Positions 1-10,440 of a DNA stretch of 19,896 nucleotides are shown here, one piece after another; position 1 is the stretch's first letter; every line of letters begins with the position of its first letter. The stretch comes from Octopus sinensis. Lineage: Eukaryota. The notes under the pieces were generated by a model, which saw only the letters and a program-made list of their open reading frames with translations, ran no database searches and was not told where the DNA came from. The translations under genes were made by a program, and so were the position numbers. The DNA lies in NCBI RefSeq assembly GCF_006345805.1, contig NW_021824158.1, forward strand, positions 1-19,896, in the 5' to 3' direction.

Positions 1-85
1 GTGTGAGAGACCAGATCTGGCCAGTTTGAACATAAAACAGGCAGAATACTTTTGGCCGGATATGCCGGTTTTAATGCTAAAGGGT
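1..85. mobile_element. 3' end of a short non-autonomous repeat, piggyBac-like terminus (copy 1, truncated by window edge)
   Basis: Near-identical to 307-393. Ends ...AATGCTAAAGGGT, resembling piggyBac-type AGGG|TTAA ends. The family assignment is from recollection of a common octopus repeat and was not verified. Confidence 0.5.
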
Positions 86-221
86 AAAAAATGATTAAAA
101 AGAAGGATTTACTACAGATGTATTCAGTATAATGATTTTTTTCCTGTACAAATAAGCCTTGTGCCTAATTAAACGCTTTGTGTTCGTATTATTTCTGCCA
201 AATTAATCCTTTTTTATCCAA

Positions 222-393
222 TTATCTTGAATTAATCAGGCATTATCTTGGTGCTATGAGATTTTGACGAGGTAGCTGTTAATTTTTAAAACATATTGTA
301 GGGTTGGTGTGAGAGACCAGATCTGGCCAGTTTGAACATAAAACAGGCAGAATACTTTTGGCCGGATATGACCGTTTTTGAATGCTAAAGGGT
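222..393. mobile_element. 5'-truncated copy 2 of the same piggyBac-like MITE
   Basis: 307-393 repeats 1-85 (GTGTGAGAGACCAGATCTGGCCAGTTTGAACATAAAACAGGCAGAATACTTTTGGCCGGATATG...AATGCTAAAGGGT). The left boundary is approximate. Confidence 0.5.
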
Positions 394-395
394 GT

Positions 396-590
396 TAGGC
401 GGTGTGCTGGCGGAATCATTTGCATGCCGGATTAAATTCTTAGCGGTTTTCCATTTGCGCTACGTTGGAGTTCAAATCCTCACCAGGGCCCGACTTTGCC
501 TTTCATCCTTTTTCCGGGTCAGTTAACTAAATCAACTTAATTCTCTCCCACCAAATTTGAGACCTTGTGCCTATAGTAGAAAGGATTATT
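396..590 (+). mobile_element. tRNA-derived SINE, family B (Meta-domain/Sauria-SINE-like central region), degenerate
   Basis: Head GGCGGTGTGCTGGCGGAATC, B-box-like GAGTTCAAATCC, central CGACTTTGCCTTTCATCCTTT, tail CTTGTGCCTATAGTAGAAAGG(ATT)n. Homologous to 1140-1356, 16768-16967 and 16993-17206. Confidence 0.75.
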
Positions 591-606
591 ATTATCATCA
601 TCATTA

Positions 607-1093
607 TTGAGTGAGAGAGCAGTGCATGCCATCAAAGTGACATTGGGGTAAAATACACAAAGCCCTGTATACCCATCATGACTACCCGTCTGATAAGGGT
701 ACACCAGGCACATGCATCACAACCATATGTGCGCATCATGGTGATCTCATATCAAAATAAACAGCACTTGACCTTGCAAGTGGGGCCCAGTTAGAATTTA
801 CTTCTGGGCGAGTAACCCATCCCACTCAAAAGGTCCCTGAATAAAGGTTGTTTAAGGATGTTGAACGAACCACCCATGTTTCCAGAGGTGAACTATTCAA
901 ACCCCAAAGAATCCCTCTCAACATGTGGCTATGATGCTCCCCACTACTTCTGCTCGTGATCAGAGATGCACATATCGTCAGCCACTAAGGGACATGGTCA
1001 ACTGGTTATGGTCAAACAACTGACCAAGCAAATCTGTGGTATTGAGCAGAATATTTGCTGTAGTCCATCTTTTATACAAAGACAAATCAATGT
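607..1093 (+). repeat. Interspersed repeat family C (unclassified, orientation arbitrary)
   Basis: The 5' part recurs at 17604-17697. The 3' part recurs in reverse complement at 1397-1553 and 1661-1855. Bounded by (ATT/ATC)n. Confidence 0.8.
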
Positions 1094-1139
1094 TATTATT
1101 ATATTATTATTATTATGAACCCGACAAAATCCTTTTGCA

Positions 1140-1356
1140 TTCTGGTTTCAAATTTTGGCGCCAGGCCAGCAATTTTAGAGGTGGGGTTAAGTCAGTTTCA
1201 TTGGCTTCTAATTATCAACATTTACTCATTTCAAAGCCCCCCAAAAAAATGAAAGACAAAGTTGACTTTGGTAGAATTTGAACTCAGAACTTAAAGATGG
1301 ATGAAATGCCGATAAGAATTTTGACAGGTGTGGTAATAATTCTGCCAGCTACCTGC
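1140..1356 (-). mobile_element. tRNA-derived SINE, family B
   Basis: The reverse complement gives head GCAGGTAGCTGGCAGAATT, GTTCTGAGTTCAAATTCTACCAAAGTCAACTTTGTCTTTCATT and tail ...CTGGCCTGGCGCCAAAATTTGAAACC. Confidence 0.75.
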
Positions 1357-1396
1357 ATTAATGATAACAATAATAACAATAATAATAATAATAATA

Positions 1397-1553
1397 ATGG
1401 GCTTCTGATCTTAATTGATTAGAAGTGTTATCATGTACATTGTTTTGTCTTGGTATAAAAAGATGGGCTACAGCAAATATTCTGCTCAATACCATAGATT
1501 TGCTTGTCAGTTGTTTGACCTTAACCAGTTGACCATGTCCCTTAGTGGCTGAC
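1397..1553 (-). repeat. Family C fragment
   Basis: Reverse complement of ~975-1093 plus extension. Direct repeat of ~1696-1848. Confidence 0.85.
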
Positions 1554-1660
1554 TCAATGATAATAATAATAATGATAATAATAATAATGATAATAATAAT
1601 AATGATAATAATAATAATGATAATAATAATAATAATAATAACAATAATAATAATAATGAT
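1554..1660. repeat. (ATA/ATG)n microsatellite
   Basis: Directly visible trinucleotide tract. Confidence 0.95.
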
Positions 1661-1855
1661 AAATGCCCTGATGCAGTACCAGGCAGTGGCTCTCATGGCT
1701 TCTGATCTTAACTGATTGGAAGTGTTTCATGTACATTGTTTTGTCTTGGTATAAAAGATGGACTACAGCAAATATTCTGCTCAATACCACAGATTTGCTT
1801 GTCAGTTGTTTGACCATAACCAGATGACCATGTCCCTTAGTGGCTGACGATATGT
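1661..1855 (-). repeat. Family C terminal fragment abutting an (ATA)n tract
   Basis: ATGCCCTGATGCAGTACCAGGCAGTGGCTCTCATGGCTTCTGATC...CCCTTAGTGGCTGACGATATGT. Reverse complement of 970-1093 over the shared part. Confidence 0.85.
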
Positions 1856-1975
1856 CACCCTGGTTGGAACCAGGTGAACAATGCCAGGTAAGAGATATAT
1901 TTGGCTGTAAATACATCTGCTTCAACAAATTTTTGTCTGGCCGATGCAAGCATGGTAATGAAAGCATTAAAAGAA

Positions 1976-2031
1976 TGGTGATGATGATGATGATGATGGC
2001 AATGATGATGACAATGATAATGATGATGACA

Positions 2032-2065
<34 letters not shown>

Positions 2066-2660
2066 CAATGATGATGATGATGACAATGATAATGATGATG
2101 ACGACGATGATGATGATGATGACAATGATGATGACGATGATGATGATGATGACGATGACAATAGTGATGACGACGATGATAATGATGATGATGATGATGA
2201 CGACGATGATGATGACGACAATGATGATGATGACGATGATAATGACGATGATAATGATGATGATGGCATTAATTATGCTGTTGCTGATGATAATGACAAT
2301 GATGATGGTGATGATGATGATGATGATGATAATGGTTGTGGTGATGATGACGACGATGATGATGATGACGATGATGATGAAGATGATGATCATGAAGATG
2401 ATGATCATGAAGATGGTGACGATGATGATGATAATGATGGTGATGCTGGTGATGATGGCGACAATGGTGTTGATAATGCAATGACGACAATAATGTCGAT
2501 GACGATAGTAATGATGACAATGGTCATGACGACGGCAATCGTAATGATGATGATGATGACTCTGGTAGCGATGGCAATGATTATGAAGAAGATGATGATG
2601 ATGATGAGGATTGTCGTTGTCGTCATGGTGATGGTGATGGTTATGATGGTAATAATGATA
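1976..2660. repeat. Degenerate (GAT/GAC)n microsatellite
   Basis: Directly visible. Source of the poly-M, poly-I, poly-S and poly-H ORFs. Confidence 0.95.
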
Positions 2661-2736
2661 ATTTGTAGATGGACTATTAAAATAAATGTGAAGACCTTTG
2701 TATTTCCTCTACTTTGTCCTTCTTCTCTATGAAAAC

Positions 2737-2767
<31 letters not shown>

Positions 2768-3072
2768 GGGGAGAGAGTGAGGTGGGGAGAAAAAAGGTGG
2801 GGTATATATGCATGTGTTTGTGTGTGAGTGTGTGCGCGTGCGTGTGTCAGTGTATGAATGTCTGGATGTGTGATAGACTGCGAGAAAGTTACATAAAAGA
2901 GTCTTGAAGAGACAGGAATGGTAAGAAGAGAGAGAGAGTGGCAGTGTGAAAAAGAGAGTGAGAAAGGGGGGAGAAAGAGAGAGAGAGAGAGAGACAGAAA
3001 AAGACAAATCATAAATGGATATAGAAACAGAAGATAGATGGATAGATAGATAGATAGATAGACAGACTGGTG

Positions 3073-3108
<36 letters not shown>

Positions 3109-3165
3109 TAGATGATAGATAGATAGATAGATAGATTAGATAGATAGATAGATAGACAGACTGGT

Positions 3166-3219
<54 letters not shown>

Positions 3220-3229
3220 CAGACTGGTG

Positions 3230-3271
<42 letters not shown>

Positions 3272-3281
3272 CAGACTGGTG

Positions 3282-3331
<50 letters not shown>

Positions 3332-3760
3332 CATAAGACTGGTGGATAGATATATATAGATTAGATAGATAGATAGATAGACAGACTGTTGGATAGATAG
3401 ATAGATAGATAGATAGATAGAGAAAGAGAGAGAGAGAAGAGAGAGAGAGGGAGAGAAAGAGAGAGATGGTCAGAAAGAGAAAGACAGACAAACACATAGA
3501 TAGATAGATAGATAGATAGACAGACAGATAGATAGACAGACAACAGACAGATAGATAGAGAGATAGATAGTAAAGTGATAGAAAAACTGATAAAAATTTA
3601 TCTATCCATCCATCCACCCGTCCATACATCCATCTACCCATATCTATCTATCTGTCTCTCTGTCTAACTATCTTTTCATCTATCTATCTATCTATCCATC
3701 TATCCATCCATACATCCATCAATCTAGGCATATCTGTCTGTCTGCCTATCTATATTATAT
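2737..3760. repeat. Compound (GA)n / (GATA)n / (TCTA,TCCA)n microsatellite block
   Basis: Directly visible. GATA tracts run ~3030-3560 with recurrent GACAGACTGGTG interruptions. Confidence 0.9.
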
Positions 3761-4204
3761 GTATGTATGTATATGCTTGTTCCCATAATCTCTCTCCCCA
3801 CTCTCTCTCTCTCTCTTTATGTAAAATCACATTCATATATGCATAAGTACATATATCTGTGTCTTTTGGTGAAGTTCAAGCAATAATACAGCAAAAAGTT
3901 TTGAAGATAGAGAGAGAAAGAGAGAGGAGAGGGTGAAAGTGAAACTGAAAGCAAAGCAAAGATGAAAAGTGAGAGAGAGAGAGAGAGCGATAGAAACAGA
4001 GAGAGAAGGCAAGGGAGAGAGAAGCAGGAAGGGGTCGATATGAAGAGAGAAAGAGAGAGAGACAGAGACATACAGACAGACAGAGAGATGGGGAGAGTGA
4101 GAAGGAAGCGAAGAGATTTGAAAACATTTGAAGTAGAAAGAAAATTAGCTGCCATTGCAGGAAACCGTAGTTGGTTGATTATCAAAGTAAACTGGAATAT
4201 TTTG

Positions 4205-4304
4205 TATGTGTGTGTGTGTGTGTATATATAATATATATATATATTATATATATATACATACATACATATATATGTATGTATATATGTATGCATATATATA
4301 TATT

Positions 4305-4360
<56 letters not shown>

Positions 4361-4703
4361 CATACATATATACATATGTGTGTATATATAATATATATAT
4401 ATATATATAATATATATATATATATATACATACATACATATATATATATATGCACATATATATACATACATATATATATATATGCACATATATATACATA
4501 CATATATATGTATGTATATATGTATGCATATATATATATATGTATATATATATACATACATATATATATATATACATACATATATATATATATATATACA
4601 TACATACATATATATATATATACATACATATATATATATATACATACATACATATATATATATATACATACATACATATATATATATATATATGCACATA
4701 TAT

Positions 4704-4760
<57 letters not shown>
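4205..4760. repeat. (TA)n/(TACA)n microsatellite
   Basis: Directly visible. Source of the YIYI ORFs. Confidence 0.97.
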
Positions 4761-4761
<1 letters not shown>

Positions 4762-4893
4762 TCGCCGTTTAAGTTAATAATGATAAATCTAATGATAAAT
4801 CTATAAAGTGTTACAGTTCTTTATCGATATATACATATATATATGTGTATGTATGTATAAGTGCATGCGTGATGTACGTATGTATGTGTTTAC

Positions 4894-4925
<32 letters not shown>

Positions 4926-4976
4926 TGTGTGTGTGGGCATCAGTTAGCGCCTCTCAAAATTATTCAAACTCAAATT

Positions 4977-4991
4977 TTGGATAAAGGCCAA
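4977..4991. promoter_or_regulatory. Consensus NFI binding site TTGGA-N5-GCCAA (putative)
   Basis: TTGGATAAAGGCCAA matches the classical TTGG(A/C)N5GCCAA consensus. Function not shown. Confidence 0.4.
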
Positions 4992-5037
4992 TTAAGCAAT
5001 TGTTGAAATTTTTCAAATAGAAACACAAATTATTTTA

Positions 5038-5046
5038 AATAATAAC

Positions 5047-5106
<60 letters not shown>

Positions 5107-5500
5107 TAATAATGATGATAAAGAAACAGCAGAAATTTTTTTAAAAAAAAACACACAAAAAAAAAATAAAATAAAATAGCGCAATCATAGACGTCATCCT
5201 CATCATCACCATCATCACCATCATCATCATCATAACTACTCATTGCTATCGTCGTTGTCGTCGTCATCAACACCATCACCATCATCATCAACACCAGAAT
5301 CATCGTCTTCTTCATCACCATGATCACCACTAGAGTACATCACTATCATCCTCCTCCTCCTCCTCGTCATCATCATCATAACTATTGTCATCATTATCCT
5401 CATCATGAGGATCATTATCATCATCATCATCATTACCACCACCACCATCATCATGATCATCATCATCATCATCATCACCATCATCATCTGCACCATCAGT
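5038..5500. repeat. (AAT)n then (CAT/CAC)n microsatellites
   Basis: Directly visible: (AAT)n ~5038-5115, (CAT)n ~5190-5500. Confidence 0.9.
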
Positions 5501-5859
5501 TCTAGTAGTGACAGCAGCGGTTGTAGTAAGTTTGAGATAGCATGCAGACCTACAGAGTTCAAACTGCGGTGAGATGCATTCAAAAGAATCGGCAGTGCAA
5601 CACATATACAACAAAATCTGACCATATTCAGTTCCAGAACCTAATGTTCTGAGTTCAGATTTTGCCCTTCAACTCTCTCATACATACACACACACACACA
5701 CACATATATATATGTGCATATATGTAATATAGGTGCATAAAGGTTGTATGAGGATTCATCCTTTAATTGGAAGTTTCCACCAAAGATTTCTAATGTTGAT
5801 TCGTCATACTTTGCTGGAAGTTTACAGGTGTAAATTTGCGAAGATACGAAAGTAGTACT

Positions 5860-6465
5860 TATATAATATATAAAGAAATTATTGTATACAGTGCTCAGGT
5901 GCACCACAACTTGTCAAAAGTGCGTATAAAGCATATGCAGTAATGTACAAATGTCTGGAAAGCGAACAATGTATGAGTCAAATACATGCTTGCACGTGTA
6001 TGGAGGGGAGAAAATCAGGTGTAGTGTTGGCGAATCTCAGGAAGCATGGAAGTTTTGAAGGATGCAGTGCTCCGATAACTAACAACTGATGCCGGCAGTT
6101 TGTTCCATGCTTCAGCAACTTTTAGCGGGAAAAAATGTTTCTGAAAGTCATGGGAGCTGTGCTGTTTTCTGACTTTGTAAACATGTCCACGGGTGTTAGA
6201 TAGGTGGAGTTTGAAAAGGTGCTCAGAGTTATTGTTTGTAAGATGGTTAATAATTTTATAGGCGTCTGCCAAGTCAGCTGCCAGATGTTGGAGTTTCAAT
6301 GTATCCATGCCCAGGGAAGTAAGGCATTCAGAATATGGCAAATGCCTGATGGAGGGTATTCTCTTGATTGCACTTCGCTGAACGGCTTCCAGACGATTAA
6401 TATCCTGGGCAAGGTAGGGGTTCCAGACCGGTGATGCAAATTCCAGTTGAGGTCGCAGGTAGATA
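5860..6465 (-). mobile_element. 5'-truncated CR1/L2-clade non-LTR retrotransposon: C-terminus of ORF2 plus 3' UTR
   Basis: YLRPQLEFASPVWNPY...INRLEAVQRSAIKRIP...YSECL..LG..TL....LAADL...YKII...TRGH..K......FF..KVAEAWNKLPASVV is the typical post-RT C-terminal region of CR1-type ORF2. Stop at 6015, followed by ~150 nt of UTR ending in a TA-rich tail. Boundaries are approximate. Confidence 0.88.
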
Positions 6466-6699
6466 GCTGGAGAGTGGCTCACAAAGGACTTGGTGAGTGA
6501 TGCCAAGACACCCTCAGCCTTCATGTATATAATGATTGATGAACTAACAGAATAAAGTTCCATAAATTCCAACAACTTTGTTAAGAATGGAGGAAACAAG
6601 TTGTTCAAATTTATAAGAAGTTTAATTCTTGCAGATGATTATTTCGTACAAAGACATAACAACGATAATATAAATTTCATGATTGAATTAAATTAATTA

Positions 6700-7211
6700 C
6701 CGTAAATCCTTGAGTATAATCCGCATTTTTTTCCCCAAAATTTAAAGATCAAAATCCCTAGTGCGTACTATATACGAGGTTAAAAATAAAAAAATATTTT
6801 CTAAGCAATATCCGAGTCTCTATTTGCTGTCCAACAATGTTTATTCAGACGCATTTTGTGATGTCGGTCGCGAAAATATCTTAAGCTAAGCCTGAAAGCA
6901 ATGAAGTCATAAAAGAATCATCCATAACTTGCTGTAAGCAACATTTATAAAAAGTTTTTACTGTTATTTCTTTATTTTCTGCAAACAAAATGCACAAAAA
7001 AGCTACATGTTTGCATTGTTATATGTACAATAATAATAAAGGACATTACCCTATACATTTTTACAAACCAAGGATGTTATATAGACCTCCTTGACTCAAG
7101 TTAGGGAAGGGGTGCATATTATACACAAGGTTTAGGTTTTTCAGAGGTACAGACCCCTAAATCTCCCCTGCGTATTATACTCAAGGGTGGACTATACTTC
7201 AGGATTTACAG
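6700..7211. mobile_element. Non-autonomous Tc1/mariner-superfamily (Tc2/pogo-like) MITE, 512 bp
   Basis: TA|CCGTAAATCCTTGAGTATAATCC ... GGACTATACTTCAGGATTTACAG|TA: imperfect ~23-bp TIRs and TA target duplication (6698-6699, 7212-7213). Subterminal repeats GTGCGTACTATATACGAGG, GTGCATATTATACACAAGG and CTGCGTATTATACTCAAGG. No coding capacity. Confidence 0.85.
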
Positions 7212-7325
7212 TAACTATCAACGTGCGCTTCAGTGCAGGGAAGAAAGAAACCATAATACAAAGAACTTAAAAAGGAAAATTCTATTTTTTCTCAAGTTTC
7301 TCCATTCTTAACAATACTGATGAGA

Positions 7326-7727
7326 TTTACTCTTTTAACTTTACTTGTTTCAGTCATTTGACTGCGGCCATGCTGGAGCACCGCCTTTAGTTGAGCAAAT
7401 CGACCCCAGGACTTATTCTTTGTAAGCCTAGTATTTATTCTATCAGTTTCTTTCTTTTGCCAAACCACTAAGTGACGGGGGACGTAAACACACCAGCATC
7501 GGTTGTTAAGCGATGTTGGGGGGGACAACCACAGACACACAAACATATACACACACACATACATATATACGACGGGCTTCCTACAGTTTCCGTCTACCAA
7601 ATCCACTCAGAAGGCTTTGGTCGGCCCAAGGCTATAGTAGAAGACACTTGCCCAAGGTGCCACGCAGTGGGACTGAACTCGGAACCATGTGGTTGGTAAG
7701 CAAGCTACTTACCACACAGCCACTCCT
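7326..7727 (-). mobile_element. tRNA-headed CORE-type SINE, family A (octopus OR-like), full length
   Basis: Minus-strand head AGGAGTGGCTGTGTGGTAAG (A box), GAGTTCAGTCCC (B box), CORE-like CCTTGGGCAAGTGTCTT, internal (TG/TA) tract, and tail ...GACTGAAACAAGTAAA. Homologous to 12255-12650, 13228-13648 and 16228-16628. Confidence 0.9.
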
Positions 7728-7974
7728 ACAGACACCCATATGCACACACATATACAAAAGTGTGTATACAGATGTAATGGGAGAGGGAGAGAGATACGGA
7801 TATAAAAACAGACAAACACGCATCAAACACACAGTCTACATATATACACTCAGCTGATCCGAAAACCAAAACCCCTCCCCCCCCCACCCACCCCCCACCA
7901 ACAAAAAAAAAATAAGGAGAAAAGAAAGAAGGAAGATTCTAAAGTTTCTCTTCTTGTAATGTCTGCGGAATCAG

Positions 7975-8240
7975 AAAGAAGGAAGGAAGGAAGGAAGAAA
8001 AGAAGAGGGGAGGAGGAGGAGAAGAAAGAAGAAGAGGAGGAGGGGGAGAAGGAGAAAGAAGAAGAAGAAAAGGGGAGGAGAAGAAGAAGAGAAGAAGAGG
8101 AGGAGGAGATGAAGACGAGGAGAGGAGAAGAAAAAGAAGATTGAAGAAGAAGAAGAAAAGAATTGGAAGAAGAAGAAGAAGAAGAAGAAGAAAAGAATTG
8201 GAAGAAGAAGAAAAAGAGAGGAATGACATGAGAGAAGAAA
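7975..8240. repeat. (GAA/GAG)n purine-rich microsatellite
   Basis: Directly visible. Confidence 0.93.
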
Positions 8241-8309
8241 CCACAAAAAGTCTGGAGAAGAATTCTTAGATTTCGGCAGAAGAGAATCTGTTGAAATGTG
8301 AAATGTCTG

Positions 8310-9450
8310 TGGGTGGTGGTGGTGGTAGCAGTGAGGATGGTGGTGAGAGTGATGATGATGGTGGAGGTGGTAGTGGTGATGAAGGTGGTGGTGGAGGTGA
8401 TGGTGGTGAGAGCGAGATGATGGTGGAGGTGGTAGTGGTGATGAGGTGGTGGTGGAGGTGATGGTGGTAGAGCGATGATGATGGTGGAGGTGGTAGTGGT
8501 GATGAGTGGTGGTGGTGGAGGTGATGGTGGTGAGAGTGATGATGATGGTGGAGGTGGTAGTGGTGATGAAGGTGGTGGTGGAGGTGATGGTGGTGAGAGC
8601 GATGATGATGGTGGAGGTGGTAGTGGTGATGAAGGTGGTGGTGGAGGTGATGGTGGTGAGAGTGATGATGATGGTGGAGGTGGTAGTGGTGATGAAGGTG
8701 GTGGTGGAGGTGATGGTGGTGAGAGTGATGATGATGGTGGAGGTGGTAGTGGTGATGAAGGTGGTGGTGGAGGTGATGGTGGTGAGAGTGATGATGATGG
8801 TGGAGGTGGTAGTGGTGATGAAGGTGATGGTGGAGGTGATGGTGGTGAGAATGATGATGATGGTGGAGGTGGTAGTGGTGATGAAGGTGGTGGTGGAGGG
8901 ATGGTGGTGAGAGCGATGATAGGTTTTGGTGGTAGTGGTAATGAAGGTGGTGGTGGAGGTGATGGTGGTGAGAGCGATGATGATGGTTTTGGTGGTAGTG
9001 GTAATGAAGGTGGTGGTGGAGGTGATGGTGGTGAGAGCGATGATGATGGTTTTGGTGGTGGTGGTGGCAGTGGTGATGAAGGTGATGGTGGTGAGAGCGA
9101 TGATGGTTTTGGTGGTGGTTGTGGTGGTTGTGGTGGTTGGTGATGATGGTGGTGGTCGTGGCGGTGGAAGTGACGGTAGTGAGAGTGACGATGATGATGA
9201 TGATGGTGGTGGTGGTGGAGGTGATGGTGGTGAGAGAGATGATGATGGTTTTGGTGGTGTGATGGTGGTGGTGGTGGTGATGGTGGTGGTGGTTACAGTA
9301 GTGAGAGTGACGATGATGATGGTTTTGGTGGTGGTGATGATGATGATGGTGGTGGTGGTGGTTGCGGTGATGGCGGTGGCGGTGGAAGTGATGATGGTGA
9401 TGGTGATGGTGGTGGTGGTGGCGGTAAAGGTGGTAGTGGTTGTGGTGCAG
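8310..9450. repeat. 63-bp minisatellite built of GGT/GAT triplets (about a dozen units, ~8320-9110) decaying into (GGT/GAT)n
   Basis: Unit GGTGATGAAGGTGGTGGTGGAGGTGATGGTGGTGAGAGTGATGATGATGGTGGAGGTGGTAGT. GAGAG anchors are spaced 63 bp apart (e.g. ~8532, 8595, 8658, 8721, 8784, 8847). Confidence 0.93.
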
Positions 9451-9674
9451 GTGGAAGTAGTATGTCTGTGATACTGTTATATGAGGTGCTTGTATTTTTT
9501 TGGTGTGGTTATCGTCATCGTCATCACTGTGGATGTGGATGTGGATGTGGATGTGGTGGCATCGGCGGCGGAGATGATGAAATCGGTTCCTACCACTTGC
9601 AGAATTGGTGCTGGGTTTCATTCTGAAGGTATTTGGAGTTTCATCAACATTACGTGAGCAGGCACAAGAGGAGC

Positions 9675-10440
9675 AGTGTGTGTGTGTGTGTGTATGTGTG
9701 TGTGTGTATGTATGTGTGTGTGTATGTGTGTGTATGTATGTGTGTTGTGTGTTGGCTGTGTGTGTGTGTTGGCTGTGTTGTGTGTGTGTGTATGTGTGTG
9801 TGTGTTGGCTGTGTGTGTGTGTTGGCTGTGTGTGTGTGTTGGCTGTGTTGTGTGTGTATGTATGTGTGTGTGTATGTGGGTGTGTATGTGTATGTGTGTG
9901 TGTATGTGTGTGTTGTGTGTGTGTGCGCGTTGTGTGTGTGTTGTGTGTATGTGTATATGATTGTATTGTGGGTGTTATGTATGTTGTGGTGTATGTGTGT
10001 GTGTGTTGGCTGTGTTGTGTGTGTGTGTATGTGTGTATTGTCTGTGTGTGTGTATGTGTGTGTTGTGTGTGTGTGCGTTGTGTGTGTGTTGTGTGTATGT
10101 GTATGTGTGTATGTATGTGTGTGTATGTATGTGTGTGTGTATGTGTGTGTGTGTTGGCTGTGTTGTGTGTGTGTGTATGTGTGTATGTGTATGTGTGTGT
10201 GTATGTGTGTGTTGTGTGTGTGTGCGTTGTGTGTGTGTTGTGTGTATGTGTATGTGTGTATGTATGTGTGTGTATGTATGTGTGTGTGTATGTGTGTGTG
10301 TGTTGGCTGTGTTGTGTGTGTATGTTTGTGTGTGTGTGTATGTGTGTTTGTGTGTGTGTGTTGGCTGTGTTGTGTGTGTGTGCGTTGTGTGTGTGTGTGT
10401 TGTGTGTGTGTATATGTGTGTGTGTATGTATGTGTGTGTG
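9675..10440. repeat. (TG)n compound microsatellite with ~150-bp higher-order period
   Basis: GTGTGCG(CG)TTG anchors at ~9925, 10075, 10224 and 10382. TTGGCTGTG interruptions also recur. Confidence 0.9.

Noticed and set aside
1358-5625. Many poly-I, poly-M, poly-S, YIYI and SIYL ORFs
   Set aside because: They are translations of tri-, di- and tetranucleotide microsatellites.
6466-6608. N-terminal part of the 197-aa ORF as LINE coding sequence
   Set aside because: Similarity to CR1 ORF2 starts only at YLRPQLEF. The upstream part is chance read-through from flank.
7292-7857. ORFs recurring at SINE A copies (e.g. YQIHS...CPRCHAVGLNPEPCG, also at 12231, 13060, 13211 and 16343)
   Set aside because: They are incidental frames within a non-coding SINE, with frames inconsistent among copies.
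9480-9670. Unique island with CCTTCAG|AATGAAACCCAG resembling the NFI exon start; candidate next NFI exon
   Set aside because: Joined in phase 1 to the DBD exon it gives GAA TGA (an immediate stop). It has a weak polypyrimidine tract and no NFI-like translation.
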